This document shows positions 50,876 through 61,257 of a stretch of DNA of 64,000 bases, in pieces. The notes under the pieces were generated by a model. The model did not search any database, was not told the origin of the DNA, and saw nothing but the letters and a program-made list of their open reading frames with translations. The translations under genes and the position numbers were made by a program. Numbering within the stretch: position 1 is the stretch's first letter; each line of letters begins with the position of its first letter. The DNA comes from Dehalococcoidia bacterium (GTDB taxonomy: Bacteria > Chloroflexota > Dehalococcoidia > Lucifugimonadales > QGNO01): the NCBI GenBank assembly GCA_965261445.1, contig CBDHCW010000011.1, positions 967 to 64,966 of the forward strand, written 5' to 3'.

Positions 50876-51754
50876 ATGTGGGTAGGGAACTTCAAGCTCC
50901 AGGAGCCGTTGCCTGATCTGCGGCAGCCGCACGTTATAGGGTCGCTGTCGCCGTGGGTAGACGTGGGCCGGTCGGCCACTATGGCCCTTGAACGGCTGGA
51001 ACGGGACATCGACGCCCGCGATTTGGCGTCGCTGGCCACTCCCGGACGCTATTTCGATTTCACCCGCTACCGGCCGACGATCTTCCCCATAGAAGGACGC
51101 CGTGAGACTTCCATTCCCAACGTTCATATCAGGTACGCCAGGGGCCACGCCGGCATCGACTTCGTCACCATGCACCTGCTGGAGCCGCACGCCAACACCG
51201 ATGAATACGTCGATTCCATAGTGGAGTTGATGCATCGCTTGGGCGTGAAGCGGTACTGCCGCATCGGCAGCATGTGGTCCGACGTGCCCCACACCCGGCC
51301 TCTGCCGGTGATGGCGACCCTCAACGGCGAGGACATGACGTTGCCGGGCACCGTGCCCAGAAGGCAGAGCCGATACTCCGGCCGCACCTCAATCATGAAC
51401 CTGGTGGGCAGCAGGGCCGCGGAGCAGGGCATAGATGACGCGAATATCCTGGTGAGGCTCCCTTCAATCGCCAGGCTGGAGGAAGACCACAACGGCGTGT
51501 CCCGTCTGCTGGGCACCCTCTGCTATATGTACGGCTTCCCGGAAGGGTTGGCGGAAAACCAGGAAGGGATACAGCAGTACCAGCAGGTATCGAGGCAGAT
51601 AGAGCAGAACCCCGAGCTCAGGTACTACCTCAAGGAGCTGGAGGCCACCTACGACTCCTGGGTTGCCTCAGAGGGGATAAGACCGCTGGGGCCGCCGTAC
51701 TCCATGCCGCCGGGGCTGGAACAGCTCCTGGATGATATCGAAGACCAGCTCTAG
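50876..51754 (+). CDS. PAC2 (proteasome assembly chaperone)-like protein
   Basis: WVDVG, FDFTRYRP, VPHTRP, LEATYD. Confidence 0.75.
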   Translation: MWVGNFKLQEPLPDLRQPHVIGSLSPWVDVGRSATMALERLERDIDARDLASLATPGRYFDFTRYRPTIFPIEGRRETSIPNVHIRYARGHAGIDFVTMHLLEPHANTDEYVDSIVELMHRLGVKRYCRIGSMWSDVPHTRPLPVMATLNGEDMTLPGTVPRRQSRYSGRTSIMNLVGSRAAEQGIDDANILVRLPSIARLEEDHNGVSRLLGTLCYMYGFPEGLAENQEGIQQYQQVSRQIEQNPELRYYLKELEATYDSWVASEGIRPLGPPYSMPPGLEQLLDDIEDQL

Positions 51755-52347
51755 GGCAACCGCCTTCCTCCACCGGCACCGAGGAAGCCTCCACCAAAGA
51801 GGTCTCCTTCAGGCGTTACCAGGACATCGGTAGCTTCCATCACTCCTTCTTCGTTTCGCTCACCGCTGATGACTACCTGCTGACCGATTTCGAGGTCTTG
51901 CGGGGAGCCCTCGTTGAACACCTGGATGCCGGTCTCTTCGCTCAAAGCCGCCTGAAGCGGGCCCTGCGGCGTGTTCACGGTGATTACGTTCCCGTCGATG
52001 CTCTCTATGTCACCGGCCAAGGCCCTTGACGACAGCCCGCCGCCACCGAATGGGAACCCTCCACCCTCGCCGAACTGCTGTCCGATCTGCTGGCGGAACT
52101 GCTCAAGCTGCTGCGGGGTAATCTCCTGTAAGCCGCCCTGTGCGCCCGGAGGCGCGAAGGCAGGTGCGCTGGGAGGCGTGAAGGCGGGAATGTCGGCGGA
52201 CGTGCCGTTTGCGGCCTGGCCGTTGTCCTGGGACCTGCCCACGGCAACTCCCGCGGCGAAAGCTCCTCCCAGGCTGGCCCCCAGCAAAATTGCGACTGCT
52301 ATCAAGACCAGGAAAGCTTTGGTACCCATGTTTAGTCCTTTCTCCAA
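51751..52347 (-). CDS. Membrane-anchored DUF5666-like accessory protein
   Basis: N-terminal TM, Gly/Gln-rich linker, OB-like beta domain; start may be at 52329. Confidence 0.65.
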   Translation of the reverse strand: MEKGLNMGTKAFLVLIAVAILLGASLGGAFAAGVAVGRSQDNGQAANGTSADIPAFTPPSAPAFAPPGAQGGLQEITPQQLEQFRQQIGQQFGEGGGFPFGGGGLSSRALAGDIESIDGNVITVNTPQGPLQAALSEETGIQVFNEGSPQDLEIGQQVVISGERNEEGVMEATDVLVTPEGDLFGGGFLGAGGGRRLP

Positions 52348-52356
52348 TGATCTGGA

Positions 52357-53598
52357 TCATTCATACCGCAGCGCCTCTATGGGATGCAGCCGGGCCGCAC
52401 GCATGGCCGGATATATGCCGAAGAAGAGGCCTATGGCGGCGGAGACGACCAGAGCAAGCACAGCGATGTCCGCGCTGACCAGGGTGGTGAAGTCCTCTCC
52501 CAACACTCCGCTCCTGTCTATTAGCCTGGAAACCCCCACTCCAGACAGCAAGCCTATAATGCCGCCACTCAGGCTGAGGACGGTTGCTTCCGTGAGGAAC
52601 TGCAACATGATGTCCCTTCTTCTGGCGCCCATGGCTTTGCGTACGCCTATTTCGCGGGTGCGCTCCGTGACCGAAACCAGCATTATGTTCATGATCCCAA
52701 TGCCGCCTACGAGCAAGGATATGCTGGCGATGGCTCCGAGAAAGACGACGAACGTGTCGGTGGTCTCTTCCAAGGTCTCCAGGGTCTCCTGCTGGTTGGT
52801 GATGGTGAAGTCGTCTTCACCGGTGATCCTGTGTCGCAGCCGCAATACGGTGGCCACGTCTTGCGTGGCCTGGTCCATCTCCTCGCGGTCGTCCACCTGG
52901 ACGTTGATCAGCGACACGCTGACGCCGCCCTGCGTGGTGCGCTGCGATTCCAATCGATAGTAGGCCGTGGTGATGGGTACGAGGGCAATGCTGTCCTGCG
53001 AGCCAAAGGCGGTGCCGCCCTTGCTCTCCAGAACGCCCACCACGGTGAACTGGCGGCCGTTTATCCGTATGGCCTGGCCCACCGGGTCGCGGAAGCCGAA
53101 CAGCCATTCGGCCACTTGCGAACCCAGCACGGCCACGGTGGAACGGTTGTTGACGTGAGCTTCCGATATGAACTGGCCCGAAGCCATGGAGAAATTGCGC
53201 ACCGATTGGTATTCAGGCGTAACGCCCACCACCTGGCTGGCCACGTTATCTCTACCCACCTCTATGAACCCAAAGGAGTCGATCTCAGGAGCAACAGTGG
53301 AAACCCTGGGAGAGAAGACAGGGTCGCGCAGGCTCCGGGCGTCTTCCAAGGTCAGGGTAGCGCTATCGCTGCCCCCAAAGAAGCCCCCTTCACTCGCCGA
53401 ACCGGGCCTTACAAAGAGCAAGTTGGTGCCCAGCTCCTCTATGCGCGAGATGATGCTCTCCTGAGCGCCGCGCCCTATGGACATCAGCGAGATCACGGCA
53501 GCCACCCCGATCACTATGCCAAGAAGGGTGAGCCCGGCGCGCAGCTTGTTGGCCCCGATTGATGAAAGCGCGGTACGGATGATGAACAGAGGTCTCAG
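52357..53598 (-). CDS. MacB-like ABC permease (CTG start inferred)
   Basis: In-frame N-terminus RPLFIIRTALSSIGANKLRAGLTLLG; GIMNIMLVSVTERTREIG; PIEALRYE. Confidence 0.9.
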   Translation of the reverse strand: MRPLFIIRTALSSIGANKLRAGLTLLGIVIGVAAVISLMSIGRGAQESIISRIEELGTNLLFVRPGSASEGGFFGGSDSATLTLEDARSLRDPVFSPRVSTVAPEIDSFGFIEVGRDNVASQVVGVTPEYQSVRNFSMASGQFISEAHVNNRSTVAVLGSQVAEWLFGFRDPVGQAIRINGRQFTVVGVLESKGGTAFGSQDSIALVPITTAYYRLESQRTTQGGVSVSLINVQVDDREEMDQATQDVATVLRLRHRITGEDDFTITNQQETLETLEETTDTFVVFLGAIASISLLVGGIGIMNIMLVSVTERTREIGVRKAMGARRRDIMLQFLTEATVLSLSGGIIGLLSGVGVSRLIDRSGVLGEDFTTLVSADIAVLALVVSAAIGLFFGIYPAMRAARLHPIEALRYE

Positions 53599-54311
53599 GG
53601 GGAGCCATCCTTCCCGGCAGTGGTGGAGAACCTCTGCTGCACCACGGGCTTGTCATCCACTATTCGTCCGTCGTGCATGGTCACCACGCGGTGGGTGCTG
53701 GCGGCGATGTCAGGCTCGTGCGTTACAACGATCACGGTCAACCCTTCCTCATCGTTGAGCTTTTGCAGAAGCGCCACTATCTCCTGGCTGGAGCGGCTGT
53801 CCAGGTTGCCTGTAGGCTCGTCGGCGAGCAGGATGGAAGGGTCCTTCGCCAGGGCGCGGGCTATGCCGACTCGCTGCTGCTGTCCGCCTGAGAGCTCATT
53901 GGGCCTATGGTGAGCCCGGTCTGCCAGCCCAACCTTGGCCAGGGCGTCCAGGGACTTGCGCTTGGAGTCCTTTCCGTTGCCGTAGAGCAGGGGCATCTCC
54001 ACGTTGGCCTGCGCGGTGAGCCTGGCCAGCAGGTTGTAGGTCTGGAACACAAATCCAATCTTCCTGTTTCGGATGCCGGCCAGGCTGTCGTCGTTCAGGC
54101 GGCCCACCTCCTGCCCTTCCAGGAAGTACCGACCGGACGTGGCCACGTCCAAGCAGCCGACTATATTCATTAGAGTGGACTTGCCGGAACCGGAGGGGCC
54201 CATGACGGCAACCATCTCCCCTTGCCGGATACCGAGAGAAACGTCCTGCAACGCCACCACTTCCAGGCTGCCCATTGGGTACACTTTGTTTACGTTCTGC
54301 AACTCAATCAT
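53595..54311 (-). CDS. ABC transporter ATP-binding protein (LolD/MacB type)
   Basis: GPSGSGKS, LSGGQQQR, LADEPTGNLD. Confidence 0.95.
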   Translation of the reverse strand: MIELQNVNKVYPMGSLEVVALQDVSLGIRQGEMVAVMGPSGSGKSTLMNIVGCLDVATSGRYFLEGQEVGRLNDDSLAGIRNRKIGFVFQTYNLLARLTAQANVEMPLLYGNGKDSKRKSLDALAKVGLADRAHHRPNELSGGQQQRVGIARALAKDPSILLADEPTGNLDSRSSQEIVALLQKLNDEEGLTVIVVTHEPDIAASTHRVVTMHDGRIVDDKPVVQQRFSTTAGKDGSP

Positions 54312-54318
54312 AGATCAC

Positions 54319-56019
54319 TTACCTGGGCGGCCGGGTCAATGTAGCCCTGCCTCCCCCGCCAAAGCCGCCAAAGAAGCCGAGCGAGCTGGCATCCTGCGAT
54401 TCGATGACTATCTGTTCTCCCTCTTCCAAGCCTCCTGCGACTACAACCCAGAAGTCGTCGCTGTTGCCAAGAAGCACGGGCCGCTCTTCTACACTGCCGT
54501 TGTTCACCACCATTACAGTGGGCTCTTGGAACGTGCCGTGGATGGCTTGCAGGGGCACAAGCAAAACGTTGCTCTCCTGCCGCAGCACTATGCTGGCGGT
54601 AGCGGTGAGCCCTTCTCTGAGGTCTATGCCCGGAGGGACCTGCAGGCGTATTCCAACCGGATAGGTGACAATGCCCTGCTGGCCGGCGCCGGCGCTGCCT
54701 ATGGTAGAGACCTCGCCGGCGAGTATCTGGCCCTGCAAGGCGTCCAGCGTCACCGTGGCCTGTGCCCCCTTCTGGATGAACAGCACGTCGATCTCATCCA
54801 CGGCGCCGTCCATCTCTATCACAGATGGGTCGAGGACTTCGATGGCGAGCATGTCAGGACTGACCTGTGCTCCGTACTCGATGTTGACCGCCGAGACGAT
54901 TCCATCGAAGGGGGCGTAGAGGGCTACGTTCTCCAGGTTCTGCAATGCCGTATCCAGCGCTGATTGCGCCTCAGCCACGTCTGCCTGGCGCAGAGCCAGC
55001 ATCAGTTCGTCGGTATCGGCGGTCAGATCATCCAGGGCCTCCCTGGCTTTTTCCAGCGCATCCTCCGCCGCACTCACGGTGTTTTCCGCCTTGGCTATAG
55101 CGCCGGATGCCTGTGTCTGCGTTGTATCCAGAACCTCTAGCGCTGCGGAAAGGGCGTCCCATGCCGTAGTCATCTCGTCGTCGATGCAGGCGCCCTGGAA
55201 AGGAACGCCGTTGTCGCAGGTGACGACAATTGGGCCGGGGAATATGTTCAACCAGGTGTAGACTACAGACTCGTTCCAGGGGGTAGCCGGGTCATCGAGG
55301 GGCAACCCCTCCGCCGAGGCGTTGCGTTGTAAGTCGGAGAAGCGCAGGCTGGGGTCGTAAAGGGCGACCAGGTCGATGCCGAGAGCATCCAGCAGTTCCT
55401 GCGGCGCCATGCCGACCTGGTCCGCGTTTGGGGTGATGCCCAGCCATTTCTGGAAGGGTTTTAAGTACTCCTCTTGGGAACTGTCAAGGGCTTCCTGGGC
55501 AGTCTCCAGCTTGTTCTCCCACTCCCGGTTTGCCAGCTTCAAATCGCCGTTTGCGCTGTCGACGTCTTTTTGGGCAGAGGTCACGCTATCCTGTGCGCTT
55601 TGCAGGTCGTCAATGTCGGGGCCGTTGGCTATTTCGTCGAGCAGGTCTTGAGCGTCACGCAGGTCCACCCGCGCTTGGGCCGCGGCTCTCTCCAGGGCAG
55701 CCTTGGACGCGCTGTCCAGCGATGCCAGCAACTGGCCCTGCGCCACCACGTTGCCCTCTTCAACCGATACCTGACCTACCGTACCCTGTGATCCGAATCT
55801 CAGGGCCTCCTTGTTGGGGAAAACAAGGCTTCCGTTGGTGTGGACCTGGTTGATGAGGTCGCCGCGCTGCACCGGGATCGACTGCTGGCCTTCCTCCAGC
55901 ACGTTACTGCCTGCGTCGTTGACCATGTTGTACACGCCGTACGTTGCTCCGGATGCCACTACCAGGACTACTACCAGCACCGCCGCCTGCCACGGCTTGA
56001 TACCTCTTATCGCTGCCAT
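54319..56019 (-). CDS. Efflux membrane-fusion (adaptor) protein with a long insert
   Basis: N-terminal TM, lipoyl halves (VEEGNVV, APFDGIV), extended helical region. Confidence 0.85.
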   Translation of the reverse strand: MAAIRGIKPWQAAVLVVVLVVASGATYGVYNMVNDAGSNVLEEGQQSIPVQRGDLINQVHTNGSLVFPNKEALRFGSQGTVGQVSVEEGNVVAQGQLLASLDSASKAALERAAAQARVDLRDAQDLLDEIANGPDIDDLQSAQDSVTSAQKDVDSANGDLKLANREWENKLETAQEALDSSQEEYLKPFQKWLGITPNADQVGMAPQELLDALGIDLVALYDPSLRFSDLQRNASAEGLPLDDPATPWNESVVYTWLNIFPGPIVVTCDNGVPFQGACIDDEMTTAWDALSAALEVLDTTQTQASGAIAKAENTVSAAEDALEKAREALDDLTADTDELMLALRQADVAEAQSALDTALQNLENVALYAPFDGIVSAVNIEYGAQVSPDMLAIEVLDPSVIEMDGAVDEIDVLFIQKGAQATVTLDALQGQILAGEVSTIGSAGAGQQGIVTYPVGIRLQVPPGIDLREGLTATASIVLRQESNVLLVPLQAIHGTFQEPTVMVVNNGSVEERPVLLGNSDDFWVVVAGGLEEGEQIVIESQDASSLGFFGGFGGGGRATLTRPPR

Positions 56020-56238
56020 TGAATTTTCACCTTTGCGTTGACCGGATATTTCGAGGGAGGGAAGCGTCCATTCAGAAAGGAGAACGTTAGTAGAATACCA
56101 GATGTCAGGAGACGGTGAGGCCTATTCCACAGCAATGACAGACTCCGCAGGGTCACCCGCGCTTTACAATACGCAAGCTTGACCCTGTCCATCGCCCAGC
56201 CTAGAATCAAGGCATATCTTTCTGCAGCAGTGAGCGCA

Positions 56239-57297
56239 ATGTCTGAAACACCTTTGTTGGATGAGCTTGACCAGCTTTCGCAAGAAGCGCAGCACGTCTT
56301 GGAGTCGGCGGCGGGCGAGGACGGACTGGAGTCATGGAGAGTCGCCTACCTGGGACGTCGCGGGCGCTTGACGCTGCTGTTGCGGCAGCTAGGTTCGCTG
56401 TCCATGGAAGAGCGGCGGTCGGTTGGAGCGGAGGCCAACAGGGTCAAGTCGGTGCTGGAAGAGCGGTTCCAGGAGCGCAACCAAGGGTTGAAAGAGGCGG
56501 AACGCGCCCGGTATCTGGCGGAGGGCGGCATAGACGTCACACTGCCTGGCAGGCCCGTACCCCGTGGGCGGCTGCATCCCACTACGCAGATGGTGCGCCA
56601 GATCCTGGACGCTTTCGTATCGATGGGCTTCAGCGTGGTGGAGGGGCCGGAGGTGGAGTGGGAGCACTACAACTTTGACGCTCTGAACATACCACGCGAT
56701 CACCCGGCACGGGATATGTGGGACACGCTGTGGGTCGACTGGGAAGACCCCACGCCCCAGGGACGCCGTATGCTGATGCGCACCCACACCTCACCCATGC
56801 AGGCCCGCATCATGGAGAGCACAAAGCCGCCGGTGCGCGTGGTGGTGCCCGGCAAGTGCTACCGCTACGAGGCGAGCGACGCCACCCACGAGTGGCATTT
56901 CTACCAGGTGGAGGGCCTGGCGGTGGACGACGGCATCACCTTTGCCGATCTGAAGGGCACCCTGTACGAGTTTGCCCGGCGTATATTCGGCGAGGAGCGC
57001 CGCGTGCGCTTCCGCTGCGACTACTTCCCCTTTGTGGAGCCCGGCGTGGATATGTCCATAGACTGCTTTGCCTGCAAGGGAGAGGGGTGCCGCATCTGCA
57101 AGGAGACGGGTTGGATAGAGATCATGGGAGCGGGCATGGTGCATCCGCACGTTCTGGAAGGCGCGGGCTACGACTCGCGGAAGTACACCGGCTTCGCCTT
57201 TGGGTTGGGGCCGGAGCGCATCGCCATGCTGAAGTACGGCATCGACGACATACGTCACTTCTACACCAACGACATGCGCTTCCTGCGGCAGTTCTAG
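56239..57297 (+). CDS. pheS: Phenylalanine--tRNA ligase alpha subunit
   Basis: HPARDMWDT, RTHTS, YFPFVEP, GFAFGLG.ER. Confidence 0.97.
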   Translation: MSETPLLDELDQLSQEAQHVLESAAGEDGLESWRVAYLGRRGRLTLLLRQLGSLSMEERRSVGAEANRVKSVLEERFQERNQGLKEAERARYLAEGGIDVTLPGRPVPRGRLHPTTQMVRQILDAFVSMGFSVVEGPEVEWEHYNFDALNIPRDHPARDMWDTLWVDWEDPTPQGRRMLMRTHTSPMQARIMESTKPPVRVVVPGKCYRYEASDATHEWHFYQVEGLAVDDGITFADLKGTLYEFARRIFGEERRVRFRCDYFPFVEPGVDMSIDCFACKGEGCRICKETGWIEIMGAGMVHPHVLEGAGYDSRKYTGFAFGLGPERIAMLKYGIDDIRHFYTNDMRFLRQF

Positions 57298-57342
57298 GGG
57301 AGTGTAGTTACAGGCCTGATAGCCACGCTCACACCAGCGCCC

Positions 57343-57819
57343 TCACTTTTGCGGCGTGGGTTTCATGTAAACCCACTCGGCGTCATCTGGGTCCAGTTCT
57401 CGAATCAGGCCACAAAACGTATATCCCAACTTGCTCAGAAGACACCTCATTGCGAGGTTAGAGGAGTTTGTTGAAGTGAATATCTTCGGAGTGGTGCAGG
57501 TATCCTCAACGTAACCGAGTAATGCCTGTCCTACTCCCTGCCGCCGGTGATCGGGTGAAACCATGACCATGGATATGAACCCGCATCCATAGAAAGTGTA
57601 TTCCAAGACGGCATATCCAACGATTGTGCCATCCAGTATCGCGACAAAACAAGTATTCATGCTTACCGCGTTCTCTATGAAACGTCCCCTTTCAGGGAGT
57701 CTTGGTCTGGCGGTGTCAAGTAGGAGTAAGGAAGGTGTGTCAGATGGGAATGCAGATCTGATGTCGATGTCCTTAGCTCTGTCCGCATCTTTGTTCTGTC
57801 GTTTGCCTCGCTGGTTCAC
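57343..57819 (-). CDS. GNAT acetyltransferase
   Basis: VSPDHRRQGVG, SN..M..LL.KLGY; lower GC. Confidence 0.82.
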   Translation of the reverse strand: MNQRGKRQNKDADRAKDIDIRSAFPSDTPSLLLLDTARPRLPERGRFIENAVSMNTCFVAILDGTIVGYAVLEYTFYGCGFISMVMVSPDHRRQGVGQALLGYVEDTCTTPKIFTSTNSSNLAMRCLLSKLGYTFCGLIRELDPDDAEWVYMKPTPQK

Positions 57820-57948
57820 TGCTCTTAACTCATTGTCTGCGTCAATGGAACAAATCTCGTCGATTCCGTAGCAGAAGTCCTTCTAGTGACCAGTTTATTC
57901 ATATGCTAAAATAAGCTCAACCTTCAACCTGCCCAACGCCTGAGAAAG

Positions 57949-58617
57949 ATGGACTTCACAATTCGTCCCATGAGGCTTGAGGACGTCCCTCAAGTCGCCG
58001 ACATAGAGCGCGAGGCCTTCCCCACTATGTGGCCTCCAACACCCCTGAAGAAGGAGCTTGACAACAGGCTGGCCAGCTACCTTGTCGCGTCATCTCCAAT
58101 AGCGGGAAGCGATGGAGACTCAGGCGCGGAGCAACCCGCCTCACCCCTGGAAGCGTCCAGGCCGTTTCTGCAACGGCTGTTCTCTGGAGTGAAGTCCTTG
58201 GTGGCCCCGCCGGAACAGCTAGCGGCCGGCCAGTGGGATGAGTTCGTTGCCGGTTACGTTGGCGTCTGGTTCATGGCGGATGAGGCGCACATCACCTCGA
58301 TTGCGGTGAGGGAGGAGTTCAGGGGTAGGGGCCTGGGCGAGCTTCTCATGCTGGGCACCATGGAGATGGCCATGGCCAGGAGAGCGCAGCGGGTTACGCT
58401 AGAGGCGCGAGTGAGCAACTTCCCCGCACACGCCCTGTACGAAAAGTACGGCTTTGCCAAGGACGGCATTCGGAGAAGGTACTACGCCGACAATCATGAG
58501 GACGCCGTGATAATGACGGTGGAGCGCATCCACTCCCCGGAATACCAGCAGCTGTTCCATGACCGCATCGATAGTTTCAGCCGCCGCCGCGGTCAAGTAG
58601 TCCTCAACGTGGCTTAG
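57949..58617 (+). CDS. rimI: Ribosomal-protein-alanine N-acetyltransferase
   Basis: EAHITSIAV, RGRGLG, RVSN, RRRYYADNHEDA. Confidence 0.88.
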   Translation: MDFTIRPMRLEDVPQVADIEREAFPTMWPPTPLKKELDNRLASYLVASSPIAGSDGDSGAEQPASPLEASRPFLQRLFSGVKSLVAPPEQLAAGQWDEFVAGYVGVWFMADEAHITSIAVREEFRGRGLGELLMLGTMEMAMARRAQRVTLEARVSNFPAHALYEKYGFAKDGIRRRYYADNHEDAVIMTVERIHSPEYQQLFHDRIDSFSRRRGQVVLNVA

Positions 58618-58653
58618 CCCTGGGCCCATTTCCCAAGGAGCGCGCCCAGCTTT

Positions 58654-58762
58654 GTCATTCTGAGCGCAGCGAAGAATCCTATGTTTGCCTCCTGCTCAGA
58701 CGTTTCCTTTGATTGCCGCCAGCGCCCCGCCGCCTGGATTCCCGCTTGGGGCGGGAATGACG
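58654..58762. repeat. GTCATT-type palindromic repeats (two variant arms)
   Basis: GTCATTCTGAGCGCAGCGAAGAATC and inverted GGATTCCCGCTTGGGGCGGGAATGACG. Confidence 0.75.
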
Positions 58763-58842
58763 ACAGGGACTTATGAGACCGGCTCAAATATGCCAAACAG
58801 GCCACTAACTATCACCCTGCGGCTTGCTATAATCGTTGCATT

Positions 58843-61035
58843 GTGCAGACTACCGATATTCTGGAAGGATTGAACCCGGCGCAGAGAGAGTCCACAGAGG
58901 CTATAGAGGGCCCCGTGCTCATAGTGGCAGGCCCGGGCAGCGGCAAGACCCGCGTTATCACACATCGCATCGCTTACCTGGTGCGCGTTTGCGGCGTCGG
59001 CCCGCACCGCATTGCCGCGGTGACCTTCACCAACAAAGCGGCGCGGGAGATGCGGGGTCGGCTGGAGCGCCTGCTGGGCAGCCGCGCCGAGGGGTTGACC
59101 TGCAGCACGTTCCATTCTCTGTGCGTCTCAATACTGAGGCGCGACGGCCATCACATGGGGCTGGACCGTAGCTTTGTCATCTACGATGACGATGACACCA
59201 TGGCTTTGCTGAAACGGGCCATGGAAGAGGGTCAAATAGACCCCAAGCGGTACCCATTGCGCGCCGTGAGCAACATCATTTCAGGAGCAAAGAGCAAACT
59301 GATAGACCCGGAGGCCTTTGCCGGTGTCGTGTCGAGCTACTACGACGAGATTGTGCTCAGGATATACGAACGGTACGAAGCGCTGCTCTGGCAAAGCAGG
59401 GCCCTGGACTTCGATGACCTGCTGTCAAAGACTGTGAAGCTGCTGCAGGACACGCCCCAGGTGCTTGAGAAGTACCAGTCGCGCTACCTTCATCTGCTCA
59501 TAGACGAGTTCCAGGATACCAACACGGCCCAGTACGCCCTGGCCAAGCTGCTTGCCGGTAAGTACCGCAACATCTGCGTGGTGGGCGATCCTGATCAGTC
59601 GGTATACTCCTGGCGCAACGCTGACATCAGGAACATCCTGTCGTTTCAGAGAGACTACCCGGAAGCCAAGGTGGTCACCCTGGCAGAGAACTACCGCTCC
59701 ACAAAGAACATTGTGGAGGCGGCGAAGGGTGTAATTGCCTCCAACCAGAGCAGGCTGGAAAACGACCTGTTCACCAGCAAGGAGCAGGGCCGCCCCCTAG
59801 TGGTGCGCGAGGGTCACAACGAGGACGAGGAAGCTCGCATGGTGGTGCAGGAGGTCGACAGGCTGGTCAGGGAGGAAGGTCTGTCCCTGGGAGACTGTGC
59901 CGTAATGTACCGTATAAATGCACAGTCCAGAGCAATGGAAGAGGCCTGCCTCCGCTATGGAATGACCTACCGCCTGATAGGCGGCGTCAGGTTCTATCAA
60001 AGGCGCGAGGTCAAAGACGTGGTTGCTTATCTGAGGGTTGTGCTGAACCCGTACGACGAGGTGAGCCTGAACCGCATCATCAACGTGCCGTCCAGGGGCA
60101 TAGGCTCCAGAACAATGGAGGAGGTGACCCGATGGGCACAAGACCTGGGCCTGCCCCTGTACGCGGCTCTCCAGGCGATTGCCGCCGGGGAGGTAGGCGA
60201 AGTGAAGCCTCGGATTGCGCCGAGGGCCGTCGCCGCTATCGAGCGGTTCGTCAGCCTCACCGGCTATCTTGTCGAGCAAGCCGAGAAGGTGGGAGTCGCG
60301 GGGCTGATAGACCTGTTGCTGGAAAGAATAGGCTACAGGAGCTACCTTCAGGAGGACGAACGAGGTGAGGAGCAGTGGGAGAACGTACTTGAGTTGAAAG
60401 GACAGGCCGCCGAGGTGGATGAGCTGCTGGCCGGAGAGGAAGATGGCTCACTCGCCTTTTTCCTGGAGAGGATATCCCTTGTTTCCGACGTGGACAGCCT
60501 GGACGAAAGCAAGGACGCTCTGACCCTGATCACTCTGCACCAGGCCAAGGGGCTGGAGTTCCCCGTTGTGTTCATCATTGGGTTGGAAGAGCGGTTGCTG
60601 CCACACTCCCGCTCCATGGACGACCCGGCCCAGATGGAAGAGGAGCGCCGTCTGTTTTACGTGGGGATAACCAGGGCGGAAGAGCGACTCTACCTGTTCC
60701 GTGCTTTCCGACGTCGGCTAATGGGCTTAAGCATGGCCGGTACACCGTCCCGCTTCCTTGCCGACATTCCCAGAGAGCTCATAGAGCAGCCGGTGGCCGT
60801 TTCCCCGCCGTGGGAATGGAAAAGGCGGCGCAGCCAGAGCGAGGTAACGGCGGAGGCAGGCCCTCCGTTGAGGACGGGCGACAAGGTGCATCACAAGGCC
60901 TTTGGCGATGGAATTGTGGTCAACTGCATAGCATCAGGGAATGACCATGAGGCCACGGTGGCGTTCAAAGGATCAGCGGGCGTGAAACGTTTGCTGCTAA
61001 GTATTGCTCCGTTGGAGAAGGTGGCGGCGAAGTAG
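58843..61035 (+). CDS. pcrA: PcrA/UvrD helicase
   Basis: AGPGSGKT, DEFQDTN, GDPDQS, EERRLFYVGITRA. Confidence 0.95.
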   Translation: MQTTDILEGLNPAQRESTEAIEGPVLIVAGPGSGKTRVITHRIAYLVRVCGVGPHRIAAVTFTNKAAREMRGRLERLLGSRAEGLTCSTFHSLCVSILRRDGHHMGLDRSFVIYDDDDTMALLKRAMEEGQIDPKRYPLRAVSNIISGAKSKLIDPEAFAGVVSSYYDEIVLRIYERYEALLWQSRALDFDDLLSKTVKLLQDTPQVLEKYQSRYLHLLIDEFQDTNTAQYALAKLLAGKYRNICVVGDPDQSVYSWRNADIRNILSFQRDYPEAKVVTLAENYRSTKNIVEAAKGVIASNQSRLENDLFTSKEQGRPLVVREGHNEDEEARMVVQEVDRLVREEGLSLGDCAVMYRINAQSRAMEEACLRYGMTYRLIGGVRFYQRREVKDVVAYLRVVLNPYDEVSLNRIINVPSRGIGSRTMEEVTRWAQDLGLPLYAALQAIAAGEVGEVKPRIAPRAVAAIERFVSLTGYLVEQAEKVGVAGLIDLLLERIGYRSYLQEDERGEEQWENVLELKGQAAEVDELLAGEEDGSLAFFLERISLVSDVDSLDESKDALTLITLHQAKGLEFPVVFIIGLEERLLPHSRSMDDPAQMEEERRLFYVGITRAEERLYLFRAFRRRLMGLSMAGTPSRFLADIPRELIEQPVAVSPPWEWKRRRSQSEVTAEAGPPLRTGDKVHHKAFGDGIVVNCIASGNDHEATVAFKGSAGVKRLLLSIAPLEKVAAK

Positions 61036-61067
61036 AGGCCCCTCCTCCGTCAGCTCCCGCCGCCCCT

Positions 61068-61093
61068 GGATACCCGCCGGCGCGGGCATGACG
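61068..61093 (-). repeat. CGTCAT-type palindromic arm
   Basis: Minus strand CGTCATGCCCGCGCCGGCGGGTATCC. Confidence 0.6.
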
Positions 61094-61257
61094 GACAGGA
61101 GGGACTGGTGAAGTGCCTTTCATCGTGCTGGCGCAGACCCTCTTGCCCCGTCCGCCTTTCTGAAACAGGCTCAAAAGCGTCATTGTTCCGTTTGACTTCC
61201 ATGGCAAGGCATCCGCTACAATGACCCCAATCTTCAACCGTCTTTTTTGGGTTCACA

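Noticed and set aside
51971-52960. Long antisense or shadow ORFs (also 43532-44536, 50273-51292, 54073-54963, 28967-29812)
   Set aside because: They overlap well-supported genes on the opposite strand, as expected at high GC
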